Counted from the stretch's first letter, positions 7,442-16,637 are shown. The stretch is 20,000 bases of DNA from a bacterium (GCA_028719205.1 JAQUKH010000003.1:110793-130792); one strand, 5' to 3'. The notes: generated from the sequence alone by a model not told the origin. A program made the numbers and translations.

Positions 7442-8935
7442 ATGAGAAAAATATTTGTTTGTATTTCCCTTTTGATTTTCGGATTAGCAGTGAATTTCAG
7501 CAATGCCATGGATTTTAAAGATGTGACAAACGAATCCGGTACCGGTGACCCCGGGCGCGGAAAAGGAGTGGCAGTCGGGGATTTTAATAATGACGGGTTG
7601 CTGGATTTTTATGTTTCGAATAAAGGCGGCGGGAATGTTTTATTCCAGAATATGGGCGGGATGAAATTTAAAGATGTAACAGTCCAGGCCGGCGTAAATG
7701 AAGCGGGTTATTCACTTGGTTCGTGCTGGGGAGATATTAATAACGACGGGTATCTTGACCTGTATGTGCCGAAGGGCGGTGTTTATGAAGTTGAATCCAA
7801 CCGGTTATTTTTGAATAACGGTGATGGAACGTTCACTGATATAACCGCGACGGCGGGAGTCGGAACAAAATCTTTCAGTTATGGTTCCGCGATGGCGGAT
7901 GTAGACCACGATGGATATCTCGATATTTTTTGCGCCAATTACGGGCCGAATAATAAAAACGTTTTGTATCACAATAATGGTAATAATACATTTACAGAGG
8001 TGACCGATAAGGCGGGATTGGGCGACCTCGGCTGGTGCTGGAGCGCTACTTTCGCTGATGTAAACGGTGATGGTTTTGATGACCTGTACGTAGTTCACGG
8101 CAGATACCCGGCGGGTGAGCGAAATAAATTATATCTTAATAATGGTGATGGAACCTTTAAGGATTTCTCAAAAGAGTCAGGAACAGATGATCCTAACTGG
8201 GGCCTGGGTGCTACATTCGCGGATGCGGATAATGACGGCGACCTGGATCTTTTTGTTTCAAACTATCAGGGCGGAAATAAATTTTTTCTCAATGATGGAA
8301 CCGGACATTTTAAGGATTATACGAAAGAAGCGCGTTTAGATAATTATCAAGGCTGGGGTAAAGGCCCGATTTTTGCTGATTTTGATCATGACGGTTATCT
8401 TGACCTGTATGAGGCGGATTGCAAAGGGCCTAATCATCTTTATAAAAATAACGGCAAGGGAATATTTACCGATATTACCGATAAGATCCCCGGGATCAAC
8501 TGCGGCACGGTTAAGAGAAGCAAGGGAGTGGCAGTCGCTGATTTTGATAATGACGGGGATATGGATCTTTATGTTGTTAACTGGAATACACCGAACAGGC
8601 TTTTTAAGAACACGCAAAATGATAAAAATTTTCTTAAGGTCAGCCTTGAGGGAAGAGCTTCTAACCGCAGCGCGGTAGGTTCATGGGTAAAGGTTTATGA
8701 TGCCGGGCATCTTGGCGATATGAAATATTTCAGGGGATTGCGGGAAGTAACTACTGCCAGCGGTTTTTGCTCAATGAGCAGTCTGGACCTTCATTTCGGG
8801 CTCGATGCTTCTAAAAAATATGATCTGGATATCAAGTTTACAAATGGGACTAAAGTCGTTATGAATGATGTGTCTTGCGGCCAGACTTTGAAAATAAAAG
8901 AACCGGCTAAGATAAATTCTATCGCGAAAAGATAA
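7442..8935 (+). CDS. Secreted CRTAC1-like protein (7 FG-GAP/VCBS blades plus ASPIC/UnbV domain)
   Basis: Signal peptide ending FSNA. Seven DxxxDGxxD repeats (GDFNNDGLLD through ADFDNDGDMD), each followed by NxLxxN-like and FxDxT-like motifs. C-terminal NRSAVG...LHFGL. Confidence 0.92.
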   Translation: MRKIFVCISLLIFGLAVNFSNAMDFKDVTNESGTGDPGRGKGVAVGDFNNDGLLDFYVSNKGGGNVLFQNMGGMKFKDVTVQAGVNEAGYSLGSCWGDINNDGYLDLYVPKGGVYEVESNRLFLNNGDGTFTDITATAGVGTKSFSYGSAMADVDHDGYLDIFCANYGPNNKNVLYHNNGNNTFTEVTDKAGLGDLGWCWSATFADVNGDGFDDLYVVHGRYPAGERNKLYLNNGDGTFKDFSKESGTDDPNWGLGATFADADNDGDLDLFVSNYQGGNKFFLNDGTGHFKDYTKEARLDNYQGWGKGPIFADFDHDGYLDLYEADCKGPNHLYKNNGKGIFTDITDKIPGINCGTVKRSKGVAVADFDNDGDMDLYVVNWNTPNRLFKNTQNDKNFLKVSLEGRASNRSAVGSWVKVYDAGHLGDMKYFRGLREVTTASGFCSMSSLDLHFGLDASKKYDLDIKFTNGTKVVMNDVSCGQTLKIKEPAKINSIAKR

Positions 8936-8957
8936 CATTATACTTACATTCAAATTT

Positions 8958-8996
8958 AAATAACCCTGTGGTAATTTTCCGCGGGGTTATTTTTTT
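8958..8996 (+). terminator. Rho-independent terminator
   Basis: AAATAACCCTGTGG-loop-CCGCGGGGTTATTT stem with G-U pairs, followed by a T-tract, 22 nt after the stop codon. Confidence 0.8.
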
Positions 8997-9013
8997 CCGG
9001 TTTGAGGATAAAA

Positions 9014-10150
9014 ATGAGCAAAAAAAAAATAATAGTAGTATTTATATTTAATATCCTTTTTTTATTCAGTTGTTCTCGTTATTTAAAAAAAGATATTGTC
9101 CTCCAATCCGGCCACATCAAAGGAAAAGCTGTTTATCAAAACAAAGGCATTAGCAGCGCCATTGTTTATGTCTATAACAAATCCGAAAAAGATTATTCAT
9201 TACGACTTCTTACTTTTTCCTCCCCTTCGGATCAAAATGGTAATTTTTCTCTTGAGCTGAAACCAGGGACCTATTATTTAATGGTTAAAAAAACTAAGGG
9301 CCCTGCGGCAAGTATATTGGAAAAGAATGATTATTTCGGTTATTTGGGCGGAAATCCGGTTAAAGTTTCAGCAGGAAGCTCGGTTGACCTGATCATAAAC
9401 TGCGTAAAAAATATTTATACTTCTTCGGAGATCGGGGCCTTTTTAAATGCGGATAAACCGGGTATCTCAGGCGCGGTTTATTATGATGATAAACCGCTGG
9501 ACAGGGCGGAGGTCTTTATTTATTTAAGCATGGAAAATGACTTGAGAGGCCCGGCGTATTACTCCGCGGTAACCGATGAGCAAGGCAGATTTTACGCCCC
9601 GCTTGAAGCCGGCACTTATTATATTGTTTTGCGTAAACGGCTCTCGTCAGATCAATTCGGTCCGATCCAGGCGGGGGATTTTTTCGGATATTACGAAGCT
9701 AATCCGATATCTCTTAAACAAGGGGAACATCAGAATGTCCTGCTATATGCTCTGAAAAAAGACGCCCCTAAAGGTTCAGCTAATATTGCTACTACCAGCG
9801 GTATGACGGGCGCTGATCAAACATTAATTTCAGGTAAGGTCCATGATCTTGATAAAAAACCCGTGAGCGGCGTATTTGTCTGTCTTTATAAAAATGATGA
9901 AATGGTGGGAAAACCGGAATACATCTCGAATAAAACAGGTGAAGACGGATCTTTTCAGATCAATATGGTTTCTGGCGGTAAATTTTATTTGATCGCGAAA
10001 GAAAATTTCGGGGCTATTCCGCAGCCCAACGATTTTATCGGGTATCTCTCGGAATCAAAGGACCATTCCATTGAAATTACAGCCGATAAAAAACTGGCCG
10101 GCCTGGAAGTAATTGGCGAGAAGATATTATCACGTAATTATGATAAATAG
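9014..10150 (+). CDS. Lipoprotein with three carboxypeptidase-regulatory-like (Ig/transthyretin-like) repeats
   Basis: Lipobox LFSC. Three repeats of IxG...(S/T)DxxGxF...GxYY...DxxGY. GAGGA RBS favours ATG 9014. Confidence 0.82.
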   Translation: MSKKKIIVVFIFNILFLFSCSRYLKKDIVLQSGHIKGKAVYQNKGISSAIVYVYNKSEKDYSLRLLTFSSPSDQNGNFSLELKPGTYYLMVKKTKGPAASILEKNDYFGYLGGNPVKVSAGSSVDLIINCVKNIYTSSEIGAFLNADKPGISGAVYYDDKPLDRAEVFIYLSMENDLRGPAYYSAVTDEQGRFYAPLEAGTYYIVLRKRLSSDQFGPIQAGDFFGYYEANPISLKQGEHQNVLLYALKKDAPKGSANIATTSGMTGADQTLISGKVHDLDKKPVSGVFVCLYKNDEMVGKPEYISNKTGEDGSFQINMVSGGKFYLIAKENFGAIPQPNDFIGYLSESKDHSIEITADKKLAGLEVIGEKILSRNYDK

Positions 10151-11057
10151 AAAATGGGTATTGTTTTATATATTTGTTTATTTTATCTGCAGCGGGCATT
10201 CCTTCTGGCCTTATCAAAAACAAAAAGAAAATAGCTCTCCCCAAAAATCATCTTCCGGTCCTGATGAATTCCCGAAAGAAACCATAATAATTTCAGAGGA
10301 TACTACCTGGTCGGGAAAACTGGAGATCAGGCAGGTAGTTTTAATTAAAAAGGGAGTGAGCCTTACGATAGCCCCGGGAACAGAACTGATTTTTTCAGGC
10401 GCGAAGATAAAAACGGAAGATGTCCATACTATTCAGGGCGGGGGTATAAAGGTCGAGGGGAAAATTATCGCGGCGGGGACCAAAGATAAACCTATCATTT
10501 TTACGGGCAAAGAAAAATACCGGGGCTGGTGGGGAAATATCTATTTAACTTACAGCCAGGATAATATTTTTACTTATTGTATTTTTGAATACGCTAATTA
10601 CGCTATCCATTCGCATTTTTCTTCCTTAACTGTTTCCCATTCCTTATTTGAAAATAATTATGAGGGCTGCCGGCTGGGTTATTCCCAGGCGCTTATTGAG
10701 AACTGCGTATTCCGTTTAAATGAAAGCCGTGGAATAAATTTCAGGGCGGGGAAGAATAATATCAGGAACAATAGTATTGTGGGTAACAGGGTCGGGATAT
10801 TCATTTATGAGAAAGGGAACCAGTCGGATATTGTTTTAAATAATATTTTTAACAATGCCGAATATAATTTACAACTGGGCGATTTTCACAGGGAAGATGT
10901 CAAAGTATCAAAAAATTTCTGGGGTAAAAAAGCGGATCACGATAAAATGATCCATGACAATAAAGATGACAATAATCTCGGGAAAGTCGAATATCTCCCT
11001 GTTATTGAAGAAGAGATACATTGGAAGGATGACACAATAGTAAAAAACCTAAGATAA
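10140..11057 (+). CDS. Exported right-handed parallel beta-helix protein, paralog of 3677-4537
   Basis: Hydrophobic N-terminus, ISEDTTWSG...LTIAPGT, IKVEGKIIAAGTKDKPIIFT, FENN coils, NFWG. The start overlaps the upstream gene. Confidence 0.85.
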   Translation: MINRKWVLFYIFVYFICSGHSFWPYQKQKENSSPQKSSSGPDEFPKETIIISEDTTWSGKLEIRQVVLIKKGVSLTIAPGTELIFSGAKIKTEDVHTIQGGGIKVEGKIIAAGTKDKPIIFTGKEKYRGWWGNIYLTYSQDNIFTYCIFEYANYAIHSHFSSLTVSHSLFENNYEGCRLGYSQALIENCVFRLNESRGINFRAGKNNIRNNSIVGNRVGIFIYEKGNQSDIVLNNIFNNAEYNLQLGDFHREDVKVSKNFWGKKADHDKMIHDNKDDNNLGKVEYLPVIEEEIHWKDDTIVKNLR

Positions 11058-11076
11058 CAATAAATGAAATAACCTG

Positions 11077-11105
11077 TTGATAAAATACAAAATAAATGGT
11101 ATAAT
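11077..11105 (+). promoter_or_regulatory. Near-consensus sigma70 promoter of the menaquinone operon
   Basis: TTGATA (11077-11082), 17-nt spacer, TATAAT (11100-11105) with TGn extension. GGAG RBS before ATG 11129. Confidence 0.75.
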
Positions 11106-11128
11106 AACCACTTTATTATGGAGACAAA

Positions 11129-12568
11129 ATGTTCTATTCCGACATGCAGGAGTTTATAAAGTCCCTGGAGAAAAGCGGGGAACTGAAAAAGGTTAAAACA
11201 GAGGTTGACGCGAATTTGGAAATTACGGAAATTGCCGACCGTATAGTAAAAAAAGGCGGGCCCGCCGTATTATTTGAAAAGGTTAAAGGTTCGAAATATC
11301 CTCTTTTTATAAATATGTACGGCACCAAAAAGAGGATGTGCATGTCTCTGGGCGTTGAAAATATAGAGGAAATAAGCGAGAGGATCGAGAATTTATTTCC
11401 CAAAGATATGCCTAAGAGCCTTTGGGATAAGATAAGTTTTTTTGTCCAGTTAAAGAAAATGGCTGATATACAGCCTCATATAGTTAAGGACGCGATATCT
11501 CAGGAAGTAGTTGAAGAGAACGGCTCGCTTAATGACCTGCCTATCTTGAAATGCTGGCCTGAAGACGCGGGTAAATTTATTACGTTTCCGGTGGTAATTA
11601 CGAAAGACCCTGAAACAGGGCGGCAAAATATAGGGATGTACCGTATGCAGGTTTATGACGGCAGGACCACCGGTATGCATTGGCATCAGCATCATGACGG
11701 GGCCAGGATCTACCGCAAATACCAGAAAAACAAAGAGAGAATGCCGGTCGCGATCGCTTTAGGCGCGGACCCGTCAGTCATTTATTCCGCCACGGCCCCG
11801 CTTCCTCCGGGTGTGGATGAATTACTATTCGCCGGTTTTCTCCGCGGCAAGGCAGTGCCTGTAGTAAAAGCGAAAATGTCGGATATTCTTGTCCCGGCGA
11901 ACGCGGAATTTATTCTGGAAGGTTATGTTGACCCCGCTGAATTGAGATGGGAAGGGCCTTTCGGCGACCATACCGGATATTATTCACTGGCAAATGATTT
12001 CCCCGTGTTCCATTTGACTTGCATTACTCACAGGAAAAACCCGGTCTATCCCGCGACGATAGTCGGCCGTCCTCCTATGGAAGATTGTTTTATGGGCTGG
12101 GCCACCGAGCGGATATTTTTACCTCTTTTGAAGATAACGCTTCCTGAAATAAAAGATTTCAGCCTTCCTTTCGAAGGTGTATTCCATAATTGCGCGATAG
12201 TTTCAATTAAAAAAGAATTCCCGGGCCATGCCCGCAAGGTTATCAACGCGCTCTGGGGAATGGGCCAGATGATGTTCTCCAAGATGATCGTGATCGTTGA
12301 CGAAGACGTTAATGTGCAGGATTATTCCGAAGTGGTCTGGAAGGTTTTTAATAATGTGGACCCTGCCCGTGACACTTTTATTCAGATGGGGCCGCTGGAT
12401 GTTCTGGATCACTCCTCCAGCAATCAAAGCTATGGATCAAAAATGGGTATTGACGCGACAAAGAAAATGAAGGAAGAAGGGCATTTACGTCCGTGGCCTA
12501 ATGAGATTAAGATGAGTGAAGAAGTAAAGAAAATGGTAGACGGTAAGTGGAAGGAATATGGATTGTAA
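11129..12568 (+). CDS. ubiD: Menaquinone biosynthesis decarboxylase, UbiD family (MqnL)
   Basis: NIGMYRMQ, GMHW, EGPFGDHTGYY, GRPPMED, GPLDVLDH, KMGIDAT. Sits in an mqn gene context. Confidence 0.95.
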   Translation: MFYSDMQEFIKSLEKSGELKKVKTEVDANLEITEIADRIVKKGGPAVLFEKVKGSKYPLFINMYGTKKRMCMSLGVENIEEISERIENLFPKDMPKSLWDKISFFVQLKKMADIQPHIVKDAISQEVVEENGSLNDLPILKCWPEDAGKFITFPVVITKDPETGRQNIGMYRMQVYDGRTTGMHWHQHHDGARIYRKYQKNKERMPVAIALGADPSVIYSATAPLPPGVDELLFAGFLRGKAVPVVKAKMSDILVPANAEFILEGYVDPAELRWEGPFGDHTGYYSLANDFPVFHLTCITHRKNPVYPATIVGRPPMEDCFMGWATERIFLPLLKITLPEIKDFSLPFEGVFHNCAIVSIKKEFPGHARKVINALWGMGQMMFSKMIVIVDEDVNVQDYSEVVWKVFNNVDPARDTFIQMGPLDVLDHSSSNQSYGSKMGIDATKKMKEEGHLRPWPNEIKMSEEVKKMVDGKWKEYGL

Positions 12569-12572
12569 TATT

Positions 12573-12691
12573 GTAGGGGCATGGCGGTGCCATGCCCGTA
12601 TTTATCTTTGTAGGGGCAGACCCATGTGTCTGCCCTTGAATGGATTGGAAAAATATTAAGAAAGAGGGCGAACACGCGGGTTCGCCCCTAC
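12573..12691. repeat. Cluster of three GTAG-type REP elements; the last two form an inverted, REPIN-like pair
   Basis: GTAGGGGCATGGCGGTGCCATGCCC (12573-12597, +), GTAGGGGCAGACCCATGTGTCTGCCC (12610-12635, +), GTAGGGGCGAACCCGCGTGTTCGCCC (12666-12691, -). Each is GTAG plus a perfect 8-9 bp hairpin. Confidence 0.88.
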
Positions 12692-12702
12692 GAATACGAA
12701 TA

Positions 12703-13554
12703 ATGAATATTAAAAAGTTTAAATATATTCTTGAGATGGTAAAGATCGAACATACGGTTTTCGCTTTGCCGTTCGCGTATGTGGGCGCGATAATCGCGTC
12801 GGGCGGGATTCCCGGCCTTAAAAATATAATATTTATTACCCTGGCGATGTTCGGGGGCCGCAGTTTCGCTATGACCTGGAACAGGATCATAGACCGTGAA
12901 ATCGATGCCAGGAATTTAAGGACCGCCGGCCGCCATCTTGTGACCGGGCAGGTGAACCTGAACGAAGCTCTTATTTTTTGTTTCGTGTCATTATTGCTTT
13001 TTATATATTCAGCCTTAAGCCTTGCGCCGTTAGCTCATATTTTATGGCCTCTTTTTATTTTGCCGATGGCTGTTTATCCTTTTGCCAAAAGGTTCAGCTG
13101 GTTAAGCCATTTTATCCTGGGATTGAGCCTTGCTTTGTCCCCGTTAGGCGCGTTTATCGCGGTAACTAACAAATTACCCGGCCTGCCGGTTTTATTGATC
13201 GCTGTAGCGATCCTGATATGGACCGCGGGCTTTGATATTATTTACGCCTGCCAGGATTTTGAGTTTGACAGGAAAGAAGGGCTTTATTCCATCCCGGCGT
13301 GTTTTGGGATAAAAAGTTCTTTCTGGTTTACTTCGATGCTTCATTTTTTAACGGTAATTTTGTTCTTTCTGGCAGGATATTTACTGGGATTGAAAATTTA
13401 TTATTTTTCGGGCATAGCCATAATTTCTCTTTTTCTTATTTATGAAAATATAATTATGAGAAAAGGCAAATTAGACGAGGCGTTTTTTAAGATGAACGGG
13501 CTTGTAAGCATAACTATTTTTGTTTTCATATTATTGGATTTTTGTTTATTATGA
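12703..13554 (+). CDS. ubiA: UbiA-family polyprenyltransferase (MqnP)
   Basis: KIEHTVFALPF, NRIIDREIDARN, YPFAKRF, GFDIIYACQD, multiple TM helices. ATG 12703 is preferred because the longer start translates REP DNA. Confidence 0.93.
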   Translation: MNIKKFKYILEMVKIEHTVFALPFAYVGAIIASGGIPGLKNIIFITLAMFGGRSFAMTWNRIIDREIDARNLRTAGRHLVTGQVNLNEALIFCFVSLLLFIYSALSLAPLAHILWPLFILPMAVYPFAKRFSWLSHFILGLSLALSPLGAFIAVTNKLPGLPVLLIAVAILIWTAGFDIIYACQDFEFDRKEGLYSIPACFGIKSSFWFTSMLHFLTVILFFLAGYLLGLKIYYFSGIAIISLFLIYENIIMRKGKLDEAFFKMNGLVSITIFVFILLDFCLL

Positions 13555-14621
13555 AAAAAAATATCAGAAAAAAAATAAACGATAACGCGGCATTGAACCG
13601 TGATGAGTGCCTTTACCTTTTTCAGGGGTGTTCGATACATGAGCTTGGAGAGATGGCGAACTTAGCCAACTTAACAAAAAATAAAGGCAAGGTATTTTTT
13701 AACGTCAACCGGCATATTAATTTAACAAATGTTTGTATCTCGCGCTGCAAATTTTGCGCTTTCAGCAGGGATAAGGGTGAAAAAGGCGCGTATGTTTTCA
13801 GCGTGGATGATGTTATAGAAAAGGTGAAAGAATCACTGCCTATGGGCATAACTGAGGTTCATATTGTAAGCGGGCTTCATCCGGACCTGACATTCGATTA
13901 TTATCTTGATATTTTACGGGCCGTAAAGAAATTCGCGCCGCAGCTTCATATACAGGGTTTTACCGCGGTTGAGATCCATTATTTCGCGAAGATCACAGGT
14001 TTTACCATTACAAAGGTGCTCGAAATAATGAAAGAGGCAGGGCTTGATTCTCTGCCCGGCGGAGGTGCCGAGGTATTCAGCCCGCGTATCCGCGAGGAGC
14101 TTTGCCCGAAGAAGGCGACGGGTTTTGAATGGCAGGAGGTTATGACGGAAGCGCATCGTTTGGGAATGAAATCCAACGCGACCCTGCTTTTCGGGCACAT
14201 AGAAACAATAGAGGAAGTTGTGGACCATCTTATTTCCCTGCGGGAACTTCAGAATAAAACCGGCGGATTCCAGTCTTTTATACCTCTGCCTTTTCATCCG
14301 CAGTATACTTTGATGGAGAATTTTGAAAAACCAACCGGGATCGAGATCCTGAAGATGCTCTCCGCTTCAAGATTAATACTTAATAATTTTACTCATATAA
14401 AGGCCTTTTGGATAATGATGGGTTTAAGGCTCGCTCAGCTTTCGTTAAAGTACGGAGTAAACGACCTGGATGGCACGGTAGTGGAAGAAAAGATCACCCA
14501 TTCAGCGGGGGCTACTACCCCTGAAGATATCCCGAGGCTGGAATTGATCCGGTTGATCAGGGAAATGGGCCGTATCCCGGTTGAAAGGGATACGCTCTAT
14601 AATGAGATAAAACAATATTAA
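13551..14621 (+). CDS. mqnE: Aminofutalosine synthase (radical SAM)
   Basis: NRHINLTNVCISRCKFC (CxxxCxxC), EVHIVSG, PGGGAE, HIKAFWIM, DGTVVEEKITHSAG. ATGA overlap with ubiA. Confidence 0.93.
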   Translation: MKKNIRKKINDNAALNRDECLYLFQGCSIHELGEMANLANLTKNKGKVFFNVNRHINLTNVCISRCKFCAFSRDKGEKGAYVFSVDDVIEKVKESLPMGITEVHIVSGLHPDLTFDYYLDILRAVKKFAPQLHIQGFTAVEIHYFAKITGFTITKVLEIMKEAGLDSLPGGGAEVFSPRIREELCPKKATGFEWQEVMTEAHRLGMKSNATLLFGHIETIEEVVDHLISLRELQNKTGGFQSFIPLPFHPQYTLMENFEKPTGIEILKMLSASRLILNNFTHIKAFWIMMGLRLAQLSLKYGVNDLDGTVVEEKITHSAGATTPEDIPRLELIRLIREMGRIPVERDTLYNEIKQY

Positions 14622-14629
14622 CTTCTTTA

Positions 14630-14653
14630 TCCCCTTCAGGGGGACAAAGGGGG
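14630..14653. repeat. Short C-rich/G-rich hairpin, possibly a REP-like remnant
   Basis: TCCCC-TTCAG-GGGGA followed by CAAAGGGGG in an otherwise AT-rich gap. Confidence 0.3.
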
Positions 14654-14672
14654 CGTTAGGAGTATTAGTTTA

Positions 14673-15551
14673 ATGATCGAATTACTGATCCCAAAATTTA
14701 AAATGCCGGTAAAAGAAAAAAAATGGACTATGCTGCCGAGAGTAGGGCATATTAAATTTTTAAATTGTTTTCCGATCTATTACGCGCTTGTAAAGAATAT
14801 GGATATTCTTGATATGGAATTTATTCCGGGATTACCGACTGAATTGAACCGGTTAATGATTGAGGGGAAATTGGACGTAAGCCCTATCTCTTCGATCGAA
14901 TATTATAAAAACCGGGATAAGTTTTTGCTCTGCCCTCACTTAAGCGTGAGTTCAAACGGCTCTGTGCAGAGTATTCTTTTACTTAGTAAGGTGCCGGTAA
15001 AAAAACTTGACGGGGAGAAGATCTCCCTGACAGACGCTTCAGCGACCAGTCATGTTCTGTTAAAAATTATTTTAGACACGAAATATAAAATACATCCGGA
15101 ATATTTTACTTCAAAAGAAGATCTGGAAGGAATGCTGAAGAACTCAAAAGCGGCCCTTTTGATAGGGGATAAGGCGTTGGAAGAAAGCCAGAAATTAAAC
15201 GGTTTATACTGCTATGATCTTGGTGAGGAATGGAAAAGTTTAACCGGGAAAAAGATGGTTTACGCGGTTTGGTGTATCAGAAAGGAATTTGTTGAAAAAA
15301 ATCCGGCCCAGGCTAAAAAGCTTATGGAGGCATTCCGAAAATCTTATGAATATAGCGTAAATAATATTCAGGAGATCATTGAACGCGCTTCAACTTGGGA
15401 GAAATTCAGCGAAAAATTTATAGGAAAATATTTAAGAGGCCTTGATTTTTCTTTTGATAAAGCCGCGAGGGCGGGGCTTCTGGAATTTTACAGTATGGCG
15501 AATGAAGCCGGATTGATAAAGGGAAAAGGGAACCTGGAATTTTTTGAGTAA
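14673..15551 (+). CDS. mqnA: Chorismate dehydratase
   Basis: RVGHIKFLNC, PTELN, VQSILL, SATS, LLIGDKAL, DLGEEW, YAVW. AGGAG RBS; an alternative start exists at 14730. Confidence 0.93.
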   Translation: MIELLIPKFKMPVKEKKWTMLPRVGHIKFLNCFPIYYALVKNMDILDMEFIPGLPTELNRLMIEGKLDVSPISSIEYYKNRDKFLLCPHLSVSSNGSVQSILLLSKVPVKKLDGEKISLTDASATSHVLLKIILDTKYKIHPEYFTSKEDLEGMLKNSKAALLIGDKALEESQKLNGLYCYDLGEEWKSLTGKKMVYAVWCIRKEFVEKNPAQAKKLMEAFRKSYEYSVNNIQEIIERASTWEKFSEKFIGKYLRGLDFSFDKAARAGLLEFYSMANEAGLIKGKGNLEFFE

Positions 15552-15553
15552 TT

Positions 15554-16630
15554 ATGAAAACACAGGAACAAGTAGCTAAAATTTTGGAAGGCGCGATCAG
15601 GGGAAAAAGAATTTCTCCGGAAGAAGCTGTTATACTTTTTAAGGAAGCGGAAATTTACCAGTTAGGTGCGGCCGCGGATAAAATCAGAAGACAAAGATTT
15701 ATAAAAAACCAAATTACATTTATTATTGACAGAAATATTAATTACACCAATATCTGCGTTAATCAATGCGGTTTTTGCGCTTTTTGGCGCGACGCGGACA
15801 GTCCTGAGGGATACCTGTTAAATGAACAGGAAATTCTCGGGAAAGTTGAAGAGGCTGTTAATGACGGCGCGACGCAGATAATGCTTCAGGGCGGGCTGCA
15901 TCCGGATATTAAGATAGGATATTATTTAAAAATATTTAAGGCTGTTAAAAATAAATATAAGGTTGTGCTCCATTCTCTTTCCGCGCCGGAAATAATGCAT
16001 TTATGCAAAAATAACGGTTTAAGTATAGAAGAGGTTATTATGCGTTTAAAGCTCGCGGGGCTGGATTCATTACCCGGGGCAGGGGCGGAGATCCTTACGG
16101 ATGTAACAAGAAAAAGGATCAGCGGCAAAAAAATAAATGTTGAAGAGTGGCTTTTGGTTATGGAAACAGCCCATCGTCTTGGGATGTATTCAACCGCGAC
16201 AATGATGTTCGGAGTGGGAGAAGAGCTTTCAGAACGCGTGGAGCATATGGATAGTATCCGGAAACTTCAGGACAAGACAGAAAGATTCCGCGGTTTCATT
16301 CCCTGGACCTTTCAACCGGGATGCACAAAGATCGGCGGGAAAGAAGTTCCCGCTGAAGATTATTTAAGGACACTCGCCATTTCGCGTTTATATCTCGATA
16401 ATGTGCCTCATATCCAGGGTTCATGGCTGACGCAGGGGGAAGAAATCGGCCAGCTTTCATTATTTTTTGGCGCGGATGACCTTGGAAGCATTATGCTTGA
16501 AGAAAATGTAGTCCGCGCGACAGGTGTTTCACGCAAAATGAATACGGATAAGATCGTGCGCCTGATACAAAAGGCAGGATTTACACCTTGCCAGCGCGAC
16601 ACCGAATACAAAATTATTAAAGAATATTAA
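15554..16630 (+). CDS. mqnC: Cyclic dehypoxanthinyl futalosine synthase (radical SAM)
   Basis: DRNINYTNICVNQCGFC, LQGG, PGAGAEIL, TATMMFG, FIPWTFQ, QGSWLTQG, GSIMLEENVV. Confidence 0.94.
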   Translation: MKTQEQVAKILEGAIRGKRISPEEAVILFKEAEIYQLGAAADKIRRQRFIKNQITFIIDRNINYTNICVNQCGFCAFWRDADSPEGYLLNEQEILGKVEEAVNDGATQIMLQGGLHPDIKIGYYLKIFKAVKNKYKVVLHSLSAPEIMHLCKNNGLSIEEVIMRLKLAGLDSLPGAGAEILTDVTRKRISGKKINVEEWLLVMETAHRLGMYSTATMMFGVGEELSERVEHMDSIRKLQDKTERFRGFIPWTFQPGCTKIGGKEVPAEDYLRTLAISRLYLDNVPHIQGSWLTQGEEIGQLSLFFGADDLGSIMLEENVVRATGVSRKMNTDKIVRLIQKAGFTPCQRDTEYKIIKEY

Positions 16631-16637
16631 CAAAAGA

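Noticed and set aside
7565-8557. Near-identical ~33-nt segments (GGAGTGGCAGTCG...ATAATGACGGG) at about 7565 and 8525, considered as a DGR or recombination repeat
   Set aside because: Both encode equivalent FG-GAP blade motifs, the match is short, and no reverse transcriptase is present.
12573-12691. Possible mini CRISPR array
   Set aside because: The units differ in sequence and orientation, spacing is irregular (12 and 30 nt), and no cas genes are present. It fits REP elements.
12640-12702. Longer ubiA start (MDWKNIKKEGEHAGSPLR)
   Set aside because: It is a translation of REP DNA; the recognisable UbiA sequence begins after ATG 12703.
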